A DNA stretch of 64,000 nucleotides from the IMG/VR virus record IMGVR_UViG_3300032313_001035; one strand, given 5' to 3'. Within the stretch, counting starts at the first letter, position 1; every line of letters begins with the position of its first letter. Positions 27,043 to 37,683 of the stretch are shown here, piece after piece. The notes beneath the pieces were generated by a model. It made no database searches, was not told the origin of the DNA, and saw only the letters and a list, made by a program, of their open reading frames with translations. The translations under genes and the position numbers were made by a program. This DNA is from a virus.

Positions 27043-27099
27043 AATTTGACTTTCTATTCACATTGTTCAGGATTTCTCCTCATAGTGCGGGTGAAAAAT

Positions 27100-27984
27100 T
27101 TACTTTCTAAACGTCATCGATTCGAGAGCGTTCAAATAAGGATCGTTTTCCTCTACTAATGTATTTACCTTTTCAGTGATAACTTTTTGAGTTTTCACGA
27201 AATCAGGCTTGTGTTTACGGTTTTGTAGAGCTTGTTCTTTGATAATTTCCAGTTGTTTCTTCTCTTGATTTTCGAAAAGACGCACGGTGTAATCAAAGTT
27301 TTCTTTGATAAATTTAAGGGATTTATCGGAAAGTGCTTTTTGAATGAAGTTTTTCTTCGACTCAGGGAACTTAGAAGTTTTGGCTTCAAGGAAAAGTTTA
27401 ACTTGTGCATTGTTCTTCTCTTCGGTAAGCAAATTCAGATTGCTTTTAAGTTCAGCATTTTCTTTACGAAGTTCATCAATTTCATTTTTACCTTCGATGA
27501 TTGCACCCGACAACGATTTGTCCATGAGTGCGTAATCAATCGAGAATACTTTACGAAGATTTTCCAGAACTTTGAAAGCGGTTTTATTCTTAACAGCAAT
27601 TTCCATGTCTTTTTTCGGAAAAGACTCTTCTAAGAATGCGTCAAGATATTCGCTAATTGATTCGGTGAGTTGTTTTTTGAACTTAGTAAGATCACCTTGT
27701 TGTTCTCTTTCATACTTTTTAACAACTTTAACAAGTTTAGCAGTCTTGTCTCTATCAAAAGCTTCCATGAGTTTTTTCATTTTCACAGTGCGGTCGTTAT
27801 CAAGCGTGACCATGAGAGTTTTCAATTTTTCAGCATAAACTTCATCCTGTTCTAAAAGTGCTGATTCTACTGCTAGATCAATTTTACTTTCTAACGACTC
27901 TTGGATGGCTTTGACCGACTCATCGCTCAGACCCAAATTTTTTTGAATTTCTTCAGAGAAAAGATTCTGTTTGTTTTTCTTCAT
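27100..27984 (-). CDS. gp22: Prohead core scaffold protein
   Basis: Charged coiled coil immediately upstream of gp23; ISEYLD motif. Confidence 0.8.
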   Translation of the reverse strand: MKKNKQNLFSEEIQKNLGLSDESVKAIQESLESKIDLAVESALLEQDEVYAEKLKTLMVTLDNDRTVKMKKLMEAFDRDKTAKLVKVVKKYEREQQGDLTKFKKQLTESISEYLDAFLEESFPKKDMEIAVKNKTAFKVLENLRKVFSIDYALMDKSLSGAIIEGKNEIDELRKENAELKSNLNLLTEEKNNAQVKLFLEAKTSKFPESKKNFIQKALSDKSLKFIKENFDYTVRLFENQEKKQLEIIKEQALQNRKHKPDFVKTQKVITEKVNTLVEENDPYLNALESMTFRK

Positions 27985-28020
27985 AATATTATTTATAGAT
28001 TTTATGATATTTTTTTCGAT

Positions 28021-28329
28021 TTAGAACAATGGTTTTTCAATTTCTTTCGAAATTAATTGTTGAAGTTTATTATCGATAATATTCGAGAGATGTTTTTGAG
28101 CATCCGCATGGTTTTCACCCAAAATACATTCAACGAATTTAAAAATTTCTGAGGATTCTGTCAACTTGGCATCATCCATTTCGCCATTTTTCTTACGTGC
28201 ATAAGAACCTTTGCCTTTTTTTGGTTTTTCAACTTTGGTTGCAGGTGCAAATTTTTTGCGCTCTTTTACTTTAGGAGCCTTGATAGTCACACTGCCTTTC
28301 TTTTTAAGATCTTTGTATTTATTACTCAT
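28021..28329 (-). CDS. Probable prohead core protein (gp67-like C-terminus) with ArfA-like N-terminal motif
   Basis: Between gp21 and gp22; KVEKPKKGKGSYARK; helical acidic C-half. Confidence 0.6.
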   Translation of the reverse strand: MSNKYKDLKKKGSVTIKAPKVKERKKFAPATKVEKPKKGKGSYARKKNGEMDDAKLTESSEIFKFVECILGENHADAQKHLSNIIDNKLQQLISKEIEKPLF

Positions 28330-28345
28330 AATATTATTTATCTTA

Positions 28346-29008
28346 TTAAATCGAATTTATGAAATTGATGATTTGTTGACGCAAGAAATGATCCATATCT
28401 TTTCTTGGAAGTTTGCTAATACCTTTTTCAAAATTCTCATATACTTCTTCAAAAGAACCATCATGCTCAACGACAAAAGTTTTAGATTCTAAAATGCCAT
28501 TCACAAATGCTTTTGGATAAGATGGATCTGCCACTGCATCGATGGCTACCAAGTGCATATTTTGCACGAGATTATAATCTCTATTTTCAGACAATTGACC
28601 AAGTGCTCTTGTTGACATACCAACTTTAACACCGTCATTAATAAGAGATCTTAAAATTTGTCCAGTGGGCGTGGATAAAACACGAGCTTTACCAACAAAA
28701 TAATCTTCCACTTCAGTCAATTCTGTTACCAAATGACAAGCTCTTTCGAGATTAACATCAGCACTAGCAGGGTGATTCAGTTCTCCCATGGCTCTGCCAG
28801 GAATAACCATTTCATTGATATATCGTTGAACTTCATTTCTGGTATCATCCAGTTTATACATCCGTTTATTTTTGTTCACGATATTGCAACCGATGAATGG
28901 TCCTTTAACGTAAAGATTAGATGCGCTATTTCTATTCGACTCTTCGCGAATAATTTCAAAGTTATCAAAAACGTCAGGTTTCTCTGCTATCAGCTTTAAT
29001 TTTAACAT
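28346..29008 (-). CDS. gp21: Prohead protease
   Basis: NKNKRMY, AMGELNHP, TPTGQI, GMSTRALG, DAVADPS. Confidence 0.95.
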   Translation of the reverse strand: MLKLKLIAEKPDVFDNFEIIREESNRNSASNLYVKGPFIGCNIVNKNKRMYKLDDTRNEVQRYINEMVIPGRAMGELNHPASADVNLERACHLVTELTEVEDYFVGKARVLSTPTGQILRSLINDGVKVGMSTRALGQLSENRDYNLVQNMHLVAIDAVADPSYPKAFVNGILESKTFVVEHDGSFEEVYENFEKGISKLPRKDMDHFLRQQIINFINSI

Positions 29009-29041
29009 ATTATTATTTAAGGTTACGTATGAAAAAATTCA

Positions 29042-29506
29042 CTAATTTAATTCTTTTTCGGTTATTATAATAAAATCCATACCGCTTTTTTTCGCAAATT
29101 CTTTAGCATATTTCCATTTATCACAGTTATTACGCCATGTTACTTGCTCATATAGAAGATTTGATTTCTTTTTACCACGTGTAGCCTTGGGTTCTTGCGT
29201 TTGTTTATATGGTTTTACTTCTATCAAATATTTTTTTATGTTAGAACCTTCTTTTATTTTAACGTAAGCATCTATAAAATATTTTCGATTTTTATTTTGA
29301 ACCGTATCGAAATAAGGAATAGCGATTTCTTCACTATTCCATTCCAAAACATTTGGGTTATTATCAGCCCACCTAAACAATTTTAGTTCTAAACCAGAAC
29401 GATAAATTATATTATCCAATTTACCCACATATTTTTGTGGGAATTTTGGATTATAATATCCCTGATAAAATTTTTTGTTTCTTTTAGATAGTCCTAAATT
29501 ACCCAT
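29042..29506 (-). CDS. gp4: Head completion nuclease
   Basis: PQKYVG...IYRSGLE, WNSEEIAIPY, YFID, IEVKP, IITEKEL. Confidence 0.9.
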   Translation of the reverse strand: MGNLGLSKRNKKFYQGYYNPKFPQKYVGKLDNIIYRSGLELKLFRWADNNPNVLEWNSEEIAIPYFDTVQNKNRKYFIDAYVKIKEGSNIKKYLIEVKPYKQTQEPKATRGKKKSNLLYEQVTWRNNCDKWKYAKEFAKKSGMDFIIITEKELN

Positions 29507-29535
29507 TTTATATTAGCTTCGATCTTAATAACTAA

Positions 29536-29919
29536 TTAAGGTTCGGTCATATCAGGCATTGGTGGTACAATGATATCAGGTGCTGGTGGTGCTATAATAG
29601 GCTGAGTAATAACTACTACACCGTTCTGAATTGTAAACTCTCTCAATGCACCAGTTGTACAAACAGGAGCCGCGCCATATCTTTGTAGAATAGAGTTAGT
29701 CGTGTTTGCATAGAACTCGTGGTCTTGAAACAGTGTTGTTAAATTACCTGAGTCTAAAAGTGCTTGTAAGAATGCTTGTAGTTCATCATCTGATTTAGCC
29801 CAAAAGTCTTTGTGAGCTCGATTTAGGCATTCTGCGAATGAGATCAGAGAACGAAGACATGTATCACCATGAGCTTCGACTGCTGCTAGTTGTCGTTGTG
29901 TTTGCGTTGTTAGGTTCAT
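29536..29919 (-). CDS. Hypothetical protein, possible fibre chaperone
   Basis: Follows the fibre gene. Confidence 0.6.
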   Translation of the reverse strand: MNLTTQTQRQLAAVEAHGDTCLRSLISFAECLNRAHKDFWAKSDDELQAFLQALLDSGNLTTLFQDHEFYANTTNSILQRYGAAPVCTTGALREFTIQNGVVVITQPIIAPPAPDIIVPPMPDMTEP

Positions 29920-29961
29920 AGTTAAAAACGATTGTTATTTTGTTAAGTTAAAAAACCAGTA

Positions 29962-31041
29962 TTATCTTTGTTGATCCCATATAACAGAAGCCCAATCAAC
30001 ATATGTAGTTTTAGCTACTCCTTCTAATGTTACTAGTGAGACAACTGGTATCGAGCATCCGAAGCCAAGACTAAGTGTGCCATGATTGACTGGATTATCA
30101 TATATTGTTGTCCATGTAGCTGAGTCAAATGGCGCACTAGCAAAATAGACTTCAGATTGCGTTGTACTTATGCATCTATAAAATAATCTATATCGTGTAC
30201 CGAATCCAAAATTTCCTGTATTAATTGTCAGACCTGAAAGTAAAACTACATTAGTTATACCTGGACCAGTTAATATTAATTGAGTAGCTCCAACTCCTAT
30301 CCCACTCAGTGATACTCCAGGACCAGCTCCACCACCAGTAAATCCATTAAAATATTGGAAGTTTGTTGCACTGAGCAATGAAAAGCAGGTTTGAAAGCTA
30401 GCACCAACACAGGTTGTTGCTACTTGACCACCACCAGGGCCGAGTGTCAATGATCTAGTGTTTCCGCTAGTAGCTCCTGTTGTAAAAAATTGCATTCCCC
30501 ACGCTCTTGTTGTAGTACTAGATGAGGATATAGTCCATTGACCGTTTGATCCAGTACCAGAAGATGTCCAGTTATTAGCTCCGATTGTAGATGAACCGTT
30601 ACCACCTTGGTGAAAGTCGTCAAAAATTTGAGGCACTGGAATAGTACCGTTTTTATATAGGGTTTGAGGAATCCAGTTACTATTAATTTTTGGTGTACCT
30701 GAGAAGTTTGGTGATGTTCCAAATACGAGACTACCAGTTCCAGTTTCATCAGATACTGCCGCCGCTAAGTTAGAACTTGTAGGTGTTGTTAGGAATGTAG
30801 CGACGTTTGCTCCAGGTGTTGTTGTAGCTAATGTTGTAAGACCTAATGCAGTTCTATGAGCTGTAGCGGCTCCTGAGCCATATGAGTATGTTGTTGCATT
30901 TATAATAACAGTAGAGCCAGCACTAAGTGTAAAATCCGCTACTGTTAGTGGTTTTGTGAATGTAATACTAGCGCCAGCATTCAGATTATTGAGTGCTGCG
31001 TTTGCTGCTAAGACTGATGATGTCGCTTGTGTTATTGCCAT
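29962..31041 (-). CDS. Tail-fibre/receptor-binding-like protein
   Basis: Gly/Ser/Thr-rich; SNLAAAVSDETGTGSLVFGTSP fibre motif. Confidence 0.65.
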   Translation of the reverse strand: MAITQATSSVLAANAALNNLNAGASITFTKPLTVADFTLSAGSTVIINATTYSYGSGAATAHRTALGLTTLATTTPGANVATFLTTPTSSNLAAAVSDETGTGSLVFGTSPNFSGTPKINSNWIPQTLYKNGTIPVPQIFDDFHQGGNGSSTIGANNWTSSGTGSNGQWTISSSSTTTRAWGMQFFTTGATSGNTRSLTLGPGGGQVATTCVGASFQTCFSLLSATNFQYFNGFTGGGAGPGVSLSGIGVGATQLILTGPGITNVVLLSGLTINTGNFGFGTRYRLFYRCISTTQSEVYFASAPFDSATWTTIYDNPVNHGTLSLGFGCSIPVVSLVTLEGVAKTTYVDWASVIWDQQR

Positions 31042-31044
31042 AAA

Positions 31045-33645
31045 TTATTGTAATAATGTTACCTCTAAAAAGCTTCCTTTGTATATTGTTATAGATGAAC
31101 CAACTGTTGCTCCAGATCCATTTCCACAAGAAAATATAAAAGATCCAGATGTAGATGGAGTGAAAACGCCTTCTAAGATTGCTAGTTGATTTGAAGTTCC
31201 TGTCGAATTAAAATAACCGAAACCTGCAAATGGGGTAGTAGCTAGCACTATGCTTGTTGTTTCAAATCCAGGTCTACGATACATCCCAACAACATCATTA
31301 TCGGTAATATTAAAAGTTCCAGCCACCTGTCCACTGTGAACAGAACCACTAGTTCCTCTTATTCTTACATATAGACGTATAAAATATTTTTTATTAGCTT
31401 CTAACGGTAATGAAAATCCAGGTAATGTTATTAAAAGAGATGATGTAGTAAAGTCATCTGTTAATACTACGCGCTGAATACCAGCTAAATTGAGGTGAGA
31501 ATAACCAGTGCTGCTTGATAAATTTGAAGATATTGTTCCACCTGTTATTACTGGTTCGCTTATCGAAACTCCTCCAGCAATCTTAGAACTAGTTACACTA
31601 CCGTCAGCAGGTATCATATTAGATACTTGTAGTGTGTTTGTTGGCGATATAATAACAGCTTTACTACCGTTTGGTAATGGACTAGTAAATGTAATACGAC
31701 TAGCACTTAAAGTATAGTCAACGCTTGGCTCCTGTAATACTCCATCAATAGCTACAATAAGTGCTGATGGATTTACCAATCCACTTGCCCCAGAGATTGA
31801 AAATGTAGATAGTGTTCCGTTACCAGTAAGTGTTGTTCTTACAGGATCAACTACAGTGGCTACTCTATTACCATTTGAATAGATATCACCAGCAGACAAG
31901 TTTCCAGCACTGACTGTACCATTAATAGTTACGTTACCAGTCACATTAAAACCTGATAGTTCGTATTGTTTAATATCAATTACTGTGATATTAGCAGATA
32001 GAGCATCAAGTTGATTAGTATAGATCCTATCAGTAGAAAGCTGCCCCGTTACTGTAACATTGCCAGTGACTGTGCCACCTGATAGAGGCAAATAGTTACC
32101 TGACGGTATAGACAGACCAAGATATTGACTAGCACTGATACTACCTACAACAGAAACGTTACCTGTAACAGTACCACCAGATAGAGGAAGGTAATCACCA
32201 CCTCCACCACTCGGAATAGATATACCTAGATATTGGCTTGCGCTAATCGCACCTACAATTGTAAGGTTGCCATTCATGGTTCCACCATCTTGGTATTGGG
32301 TAGCATTTGTTCCACCACCACTAGCATATACTGCAACGTATCTTCTTAAATCCGTTTTATAATTTTCAAACTTATCATGGATTTTTTTATTCCATTCCTT
32401 TTCAATAGTATCCCAGTCTTTTACAATCTTTTCACTATTTTTAGATTCAATTATATATTCAACAGGCTTTTCATTTTTAAGTTGTCGAATTTCTGATAGT
32501 AAATTGTCTCTGCTTTCTTGGAATAAATTTTGGAAATATGAACGTGTCTCATCGGTAATATCCAAAGTTTCTTCTTTGATATGTTGTATTTTATCATCGA
32601 AATAACCGATTACTTCTTGTTCAGTTTCAGCGATTTTCTTTTCTAAATTCTCATTTATTTCGATAATTTTCTTATCGATATTACCAACTCTAGATAATGC
32701 TTTTTGGACACCTTTGTTGATAGTGTTGTTTAATTCTATATTAGAATCTCTGATAGTATCGATCTCTCTATTGACTTGCTCAAGTAAAGATGCATCGGCT
32801 TTTCTATCTAATTTTTTATTTAAATTTTTATCAATTGACGATACTTTATTGGCAACATCTGACGCGATATTGTTGAGAGTTTCGTCCAACTTACGATTTA
32901 CATTTTTCTCGTAAAGTTCTTTTACCAATCTCTTAATCGTGGTATCGAATAATTTAGAAGAATTATCGAAATCATTTTTTAATGATTCGCTCAAAGAATT
33001 AGCAATGTCTTGAATTTTGAGATCAATACCGCTACGAATTTCATCAAATCTATCATCATTTTCAAAGATGATTTCTTTTTTAATCTTATTAGAAACCCTA
33101 ATAAATTCTTCGACTAAACTTTCGCGAGATTCATTTAATACTTTTTGAAGTGCTTTTTGCTTTCTAGCACTTTCATTTTTAATATCTTGAATCTTTTTTA
33201 ATTTATTTTGCTCTAAAATTTCCAAAGACTTTTTAGTAGCGTCTTTTTTAATTTTATTGATCTCTTCGAGAATTTGTTGTTTTTTATTATCTATAACAAC
33301 ATCATCAATTGATGATTCTTCGATTATAGCAATTATTTCATCTTCTTCAACACTTTCTTCAATATTGTTTATGATAGCGGAAGGATCGGAACTATGATTG
33401 AAATATATCTCTTGTTTTCCTTTTACAAGAACGAAAGAATGTTCGGCTGAAACCCCATCATTTTCAACAATAATGGAAACAATCGGGTTTCCATTATCTT
33501 CGGAAACCTTCTCTGCTACATATTTTCTACCGTTTATCTCGACCTCATAAACACCGAAGAAAATTTCATCAAAATTTTCAACTTGTAAGATGTTGAGAGG
33601 GGAGTTAGACGAGGTATAATTGACCTCTTCGCTAAACAATCTCAT
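31045..33645 (-). CDS. Coiled-coil plus fibre-domain structural protein (whisker/fibritin-like position)
   Basis: ~340-aa coiled coil, then repeated YLPLSGGTVTG and IDGVLQEP motifs; adjacent to gp13. Confidence 0.6.
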   Translation of the reverse strand: MRLFSEEVNYTSSNSPLNILQVENFDEIFFGVYEVEINGRKYVAEKVSEDNGNPIVSIIVENDGVSAEHSFVLVKGKQEIYFNHSSDPSAIINNIEESVEEDEIIAIIEESSIDDVVIDNKKQQILEEINKIKKDATKKSLEILEQNKLKKIQDIKNESARKQKALQKVLNESRESLVEEFIRVSNKIKKEIIFENDDRFDEIRSGIDLKIQDIANSLSESLKNDFDNSSKLFDTTIKRLVKELYEKNVNRKLDETLNNIASDVANKVSSIDKNLNKKLDRKADASLLEQVNREIDTIRDSNIELNNTINKGVQKALSRVGNIDKKIIEINENLEKKIAETEQEVIGYFDDKIQHIKEETLDITDETRSYFQNLFQESRDNLLSEIRQLKNEKPVEYIIESKNSEKIVKDWDTIEKEWNKKIHDKFENYKTDLRRYVAVYASGGGTNATQYQDGGTMNGNLTIVGAISASQYLGISIPSGGGGDYLPLSGGTVTGNVSVVGSISASQYLGLSIPSGNYLPLSGGTVTGNVTVTGQLSTDRIYTNQLDALSANITVIDIKQYELSGFNVTGNVTINGTVSAGNLSAGDIYSNGNRVATVVDPVRTTLTGNGTLSTFSISGASGLVNPSALIVAIDGVLQEPSVDYTLSASRITFTSPLPNGSKAVIISPTNTLQVSNMIPADGSVTSSKIAGGVSISEPVITGGTISSNLSSSTGYSHLNLAGIQRVVLTDDFTTSSLLITLPGFSLPLEANKKYFIRLYVRIRGTSGSVHSGQVAGTFNITDNDVVGMYRRPGFETTSIVLATTPFAGFGYFNSTGTSNQLAILEGVFTPSTSGSFIFSCGNGSGATVGSSITIYKGSFLEVTLLQ

Positions 33646-33686
33646 CTTTAGTATTTAGTAATATATTATAAATGTCAATATGTTTT

Positions 33687-34829
33687 TTACATTACCAACA
33701 TGAGAGGAGGATCATAGTCTCCGAAACCACCATCCATCAACATATCTTCTAATGTTTTTTTCTCTCCAATACCTTCAGATAATATTGTATCGCCATTCAA
33801 AGAGCCACCACCTGGTAAAGATACTCCTGTAATTTTGGTAAGAATACGTCCCCACATTACTTTGGAAAGTGCAGTTGCGTATTCCAATACCCATTTTTCC
33901 TTGATCAAATCCCTCAATGGTTTTTCAACATAACATGTCAGAAGACCATAGAATTGAGTATTTCTTGGTTGTGGTATCAATCGTAGATATTGTGTTCTGG
34001 GATCAAAATAAATATCCCTACGAGTGGCAAACATTTTTTCTCTCGTATCAATCCAGTCCTTAACAGTATGCCACGATAAAATGTCAAATCCGTAATTACC
34101 TAAAGAATAAGCATGGAAAGATTGTTGAGCCATCGTTTGTTCTACAGAGAACAAGGTGTTAACTCCAGTTGTCGATCCCTCTTCAAATGTGATAACGTCA
34201 ACTACTTTACGATAATCCATAACATCGTAGTCAAACATATTATTAAATGTCATAACATCTTCTTGTGGTTCACATTGCACAGTGAATGGTTTTTGATATG
34301 ATTCTTTAAAGTAGACCCTCAACGATGGATTGAAATTAATTAATAGATCATAAGTCGTTTTGTCTATGATTTCCATGGTAGATATACCTTCAGATGGGAC
34401 AATCGAACTCAAAGAAGACGAAGCACTAAAATAAGAATTAGGTATCGTCGATAGGGAAATATATAATGACTCTGGTCTAGTGATTTCAAAATCAGGTTGA
34501 GGTCCTTGACGTTTATTTTGTAATTTTTCAGATGGTGTATATCCAGAATTTGCAACAGTGAACAATGTATCCAATCGAATACCTTCATTTTTATTATAAA
34601 TTCTGCTATCAAAAATTAAATATTCTTTCGAATAACCAGCATATTTCGTATACATATCAAGAGCCATTGATATGGCTTCGTGTAACTGATCATAATGTAA
34701 CTCGACATTAATCATCGGATGTCCTAACATTCTAAGGATTCTTTCGCCCAATCTTTGATAACATTCTATCTTAGAATTAAGATTGGTTGACATGAAAGCT
34801 GAAATCGGCTCTATTTGGCATAAACTCAT
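33687..34829 (-). CDS. gp13: Neck protein
   Basis: LRMLGHPMINVEL..DQL; WVLEYATALSK..WG..L.K..GVSLPGG.SLNG; start set by TAAATA-N5-ATG. Confidence 0.88.
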   Translation of the reverse strand: MSLCQIEPISAFMSTNLNSKIECYQRLGERILRMLGHPMINVELHYDQLHEAISMALDMYTKYAGYSKEYLIFDSRIYNKNEGIRLDTLFTVANSGYTPSEKLQNKRQGPQPDFEITRPESLYISLSTIPNSYFSASSSLSSIVPSEGISTMEIIDKTTYDLLINFNPSLRVYFKESYQKPFTVQCEPQEDVMTFNNMFDYDVMDYRKVVDVITFEEGSTTGVNTLFSVEQTMAQQSFHAYSLGNYGFDILSWHTVKDWIDTREKMFATRRDIYFDPRTQYLRLIPQPRNTQFYGLLTCYVEKPLRDLIKEKWVLEYATALSKVMWGRILTKITGVSLPGGGSLNGDTILSEGIGEKKTLEDMLMDGGFGDYDPPLMLVM

Positions 34830-34870
34830 ACCATTATTTAGTGAAAATATCAAAATGGATAAATAATAAT

Positions 34871-35167
34871 ATGTCTTTTGATTCCAATAATGGTTCAGTT
34901 TATTATCAATTATCTTGTGGTGTTCCAACAGTTTCTGGATGGAGTGCCAATAATAACAACGGAACAAAATATTTATATCTGTCAGCCAACGACTTTATTC
35001 TTTGGGGTCAAAGCACCATCTTCACTCACCCAACCTCGAATAATATCAACAATTATTATTTTGTAGTGTGTCAAAAATCAACCGATACGAACTGGTCTCC
35101 TTTGTCTAACAACAGCACGAAATTTTATTACAATTCTGCATATAACTGCATTACATTCTGCGCTTAA
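34871..35167 (+). CDS. Hypothetical late protein
   Basis: TAAATA-N5-ATG at 34871. Confidence 0.65.
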   Translation: MSFDSNNGSVYYQLSCGVPTVSGWSANNNNGTKYLYLSANDFILWGQSTIFTHPTSNNINNYYFVVCQKSTDTNWSPLSNNSTKFYYNSAYNCITFCA

Positions 35168-35184
35168 ATTTTATAAATAATAAT

Positions 35185-35859
35185 ATGAGTTTTTGGAAAT
35201 TTATAACAGAAAATATGGAAGCAGTTGCAGGTATTTTCGGAGTCATGACAAGTGTTGCAGTATTTCTGGTCAAAAGTAAAAAATATATTATTGAAAAATA
35301 TAAAAAACACAAAGAATATTCTAAATCCAAATATTTAATTCCTGAAACTTTACAAGAAATAAAACAATGTGTCATCAATTTGGATGATCGTGTTAAAAGA
35401 GTTGAATATGAAATTTCTCCGAATGGTGGGGGTTCTATGAAAGACACCATGAATATTGTAAAGGCTGAAATCGAATCGATGTTCTGGTTAAATCCAAAAC
35501 CATCCTTTCGCACAACATCTAAAGGAATAAATATCCAAGTAAATGAATCATATTGTCATTTATGTTCTACTTCATCTGAAGAATTGTTAAAACAAAATTG
35601 GAAAAATTTCGTAGAAGATGAAGAACAATTGGACGATTTTATGAGACGATGGCAATATTCATCAAACACCATGTCTCAATATTCTGGTAAATTAAAATTT
35701 AAAAATTCCAGAGATGAAAGTTTGGGCGAATGGATTATAAAAATTAGACCATTAGGACCAATAGAAGGTGGTAAAGATTATTTATGGCACGGTTCGATAT
35801 TACCGTCAGATAACACCGCTAAAGAATACGCTAAGAGCTACCATATTCCGTATCATTAA
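35185..35859 (+). CDS. Membrane-anchored PAS-domain protein (holin-like architecture)
   Basis: N-terminal TM, coiled coil, then FRTTSKG.NIQVNESYCHL..EELLKQNWKNFV PAS pattern; TATAAATA at 35172. Confidence 0.65.
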   Translation: MSFWKFITENMEAVAGIFGVMTSVAVFLVKSKKYIIEKYKKHKEYSKSKYLIPETLQEIKQCVINLDDRVKRVEYEISPNGGGSMKDTMNIVKAEIESMFWLNPKPSFRTTSKGINIQVNESYCHLCSTSSEELLKQNWKNFVEDEEQLDDFMRRWQYSSNTMSQYSGKLKFKNSRDESLGEWIIKIRPLGPIEGGKDYLWHGSILPSDNTAKEYAKSYHIPYH

Positions 35860-37683
35860 TTACTCAGGAGCGGTTTCGCCAGCAGGTTCTTCAGGTGTTT
35901 CAGCAGGTTCTTCTCCAGCACCAGGTTCGCTACCAAGCGTAGCACCAGCACCACTAAAATCAGGAGGCATGCCGCCACCGCCACCGCCACCTAATTCGCC
36001 CATACCGCCACCCATACCGCCACCAGCTTCTCCACCAGCTTCAGAAGATTGGGCAAGCATTTCTTTCCATTTCGGTCCACTAGATTTGATTTGTTCAATT
36101 TCGAACATAAATTCAGCCTCGTTTCGCAAGAAGTGACGATTTGCCAGAATATCAGAATCTTTCCAATCGAGATATTTTTTCATAGCAAATGTAGTGGATA
36201 CCAACTCATTATTTGAGATATTGTTGAACGTATCTATTTTGAGATTGAGTTTTTGACTCTCCCTCATATCATAGAAATTTGTCGGAACATTAAATTCAAT
36301 TCTAAAATTATCGTCAAACAAATCATATTCGTCGAACATTTCTTTGAATTTTAAATGAGTGATGAATGCTCTTTTGATACCTTGCGCAAATCTTTGCTGT
36401 TGGCGAATAATCATTTTTGCAAATTTTAATTCTTCACGAAGCATTTCAGTTCCATCGCTATATCCAGTCTCATTATTCAAACGAGAAGTTGGGGTTTTCA
36501 AAGAACGGTAAAGCTTTTTGATAAACCAATCCAAAACATCGAGGTTTCCATCTGATGGTTGTCCACCAAAAGTTTCGACCGTTGTTCCGTCTTGTCCCTG
36601 TCTTTTAGCGAACCAAAACGAATCCAAAGTGGATTGTGGTGCATATTTTTTAACAATATCTCCTTGGTCAATATCAAAAGTTTTAGTAGACCAATATTGC
36701 GATTGTAGCTTGCGTAGGTATGCTTCTGCTTGTGGGACTGGAAGCTTGCCGACATCCACGTTAAATAAGAAACGCAAAGGGGCATGTACCATTCTATGAA
36801 TAACCACAGAATCTTCGATCATTGATAATTGTCTATATGCTCGTCGGCAATTCTCAACGAATGGAATTATGAAATCTTTTGTCTCGTTATATTGACCACT
36901 GTTGATATAAAGAATCTGATTTTTCTCAAAAGGAATATATTCATATTTTTCAACTTTTCTATTATCAACAGATGAGAATATTGGTTTTTTATAAATGAAA
37001 GCCTTGACCAACATGGTTTGTATGTTGTCATACACTGGATCAAATTGATCGGCAGGTAGATTTTTAATCGCTACCACTCCTTGTTTGATATAATCATCTT
37101 TCAGAATTAATTCGAAAAATAATTCACCTTCAACTAAAAATTGGCGAAAATAATGCCATCCATTATCGTCTAATTCCAACATCGATACAAATTTCGAGAA
37201 CTCTTTTTGTAAATCCTCTTTCTTTTCGGAATCCAATTCCGTATTTTTAAACTTGAGAGTTACGATTTCACTGTTTTCATCAACATTGATAGTTTCATCA
37301 CAGATTTCATCTAACGCATCAGAAACTTCAGAAAACGCCGCGATCATTCTGTAATCTCTCAGACGACCAGGTTTTTCTTCTGATGCTTGAGAATACATCA
37401 AATCGGTAAAAGTCTTGTCCTGATAGATCGCAGAAAATGCAGTATTGTTCCAATCATTATTGAGTGCTACAGAATTTCTTGCAATAGCTTCGGGTTTTCG
37501 CATCCCGATTTTCTGGAAATATTTATATTTCGAGTTTTTAGTTTCATCTAAATTTTGTTCAGTATAACCACCACGATTTTTGAGATAAGTTTGAACGTTT
37601 CTATCAAATGTAGATCCCCGCCCATCACTTCCGACGAATGATCTATTTTGAGATTGTGTAGATGAACTATCTGCTCCAGCCAT
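35860..37683 (-). CDS. gp20: Portal protein
   Basis: EVSDALDEI, QLSMIEDSVVIHRMVHAP.R..FNVDVG.LP, KLYRSLKTP.SRL, REELKFAK. Confidence 0.95.
   Translation of the reverse strand: MAGADSSSTQSQNRSFVGSDGRGSTFDRNVQTYLKNRGGYTEQNLDETKNSKYKYFQKIGMRKPEAIARNSVALNNDWNNTAFSAIYQDKTFTDLMYSQASEEKPGRLRDYRMIAAFSEVSDALDEICDETINVDENSEIVTLKFKNTELDSEKKEDLQKEFSKFVSMLELDDNGWHYFRQFLVEGELFFELILKDDYIKQGVVAIKNLPADQFDPVYDNIQTMLVKAFIYKKPIFSSVDNRKVEKYEYIPFEKNQILYINSGQYNETKDFIIPFVENCRRAYRQLSMIEDSVVIHRMVHAPLRFLFNVDVGKLPVPQAEAYLRKLQSQYWSTKTFDIDQGDIVKKYAPQSTLDSFWFAKRQGQDGTTVETFGGQPSDGNLDVLDWFIKKLYRSLKTPTSRLNNETGYSDGTEMLREELKFAKMIIRQQQRFAQGIKRAFITHLKFKEMFDEYDLFDDNFRIEFNVPTNFYDMRESQKLNLKIDTFNNISNNELVSTTFAMKKYLDWKDSDILANRHFLRNEAEFMFEIEQIKSSGPKWKEMLAQSSEAGGEAGGGMGGGMGELGGGGGGGMPPDFSGAGATLGSEPGAGEEPAETPEEPAGETAPE

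Noticed and set aside
33687-34967. Track start for gp13 (also 6209, 13657, 18557, 59119, 60742)
   Set aside because: Downstream ATGs sit exactly 5 nt after TAAATA and give more plausible N-termini.
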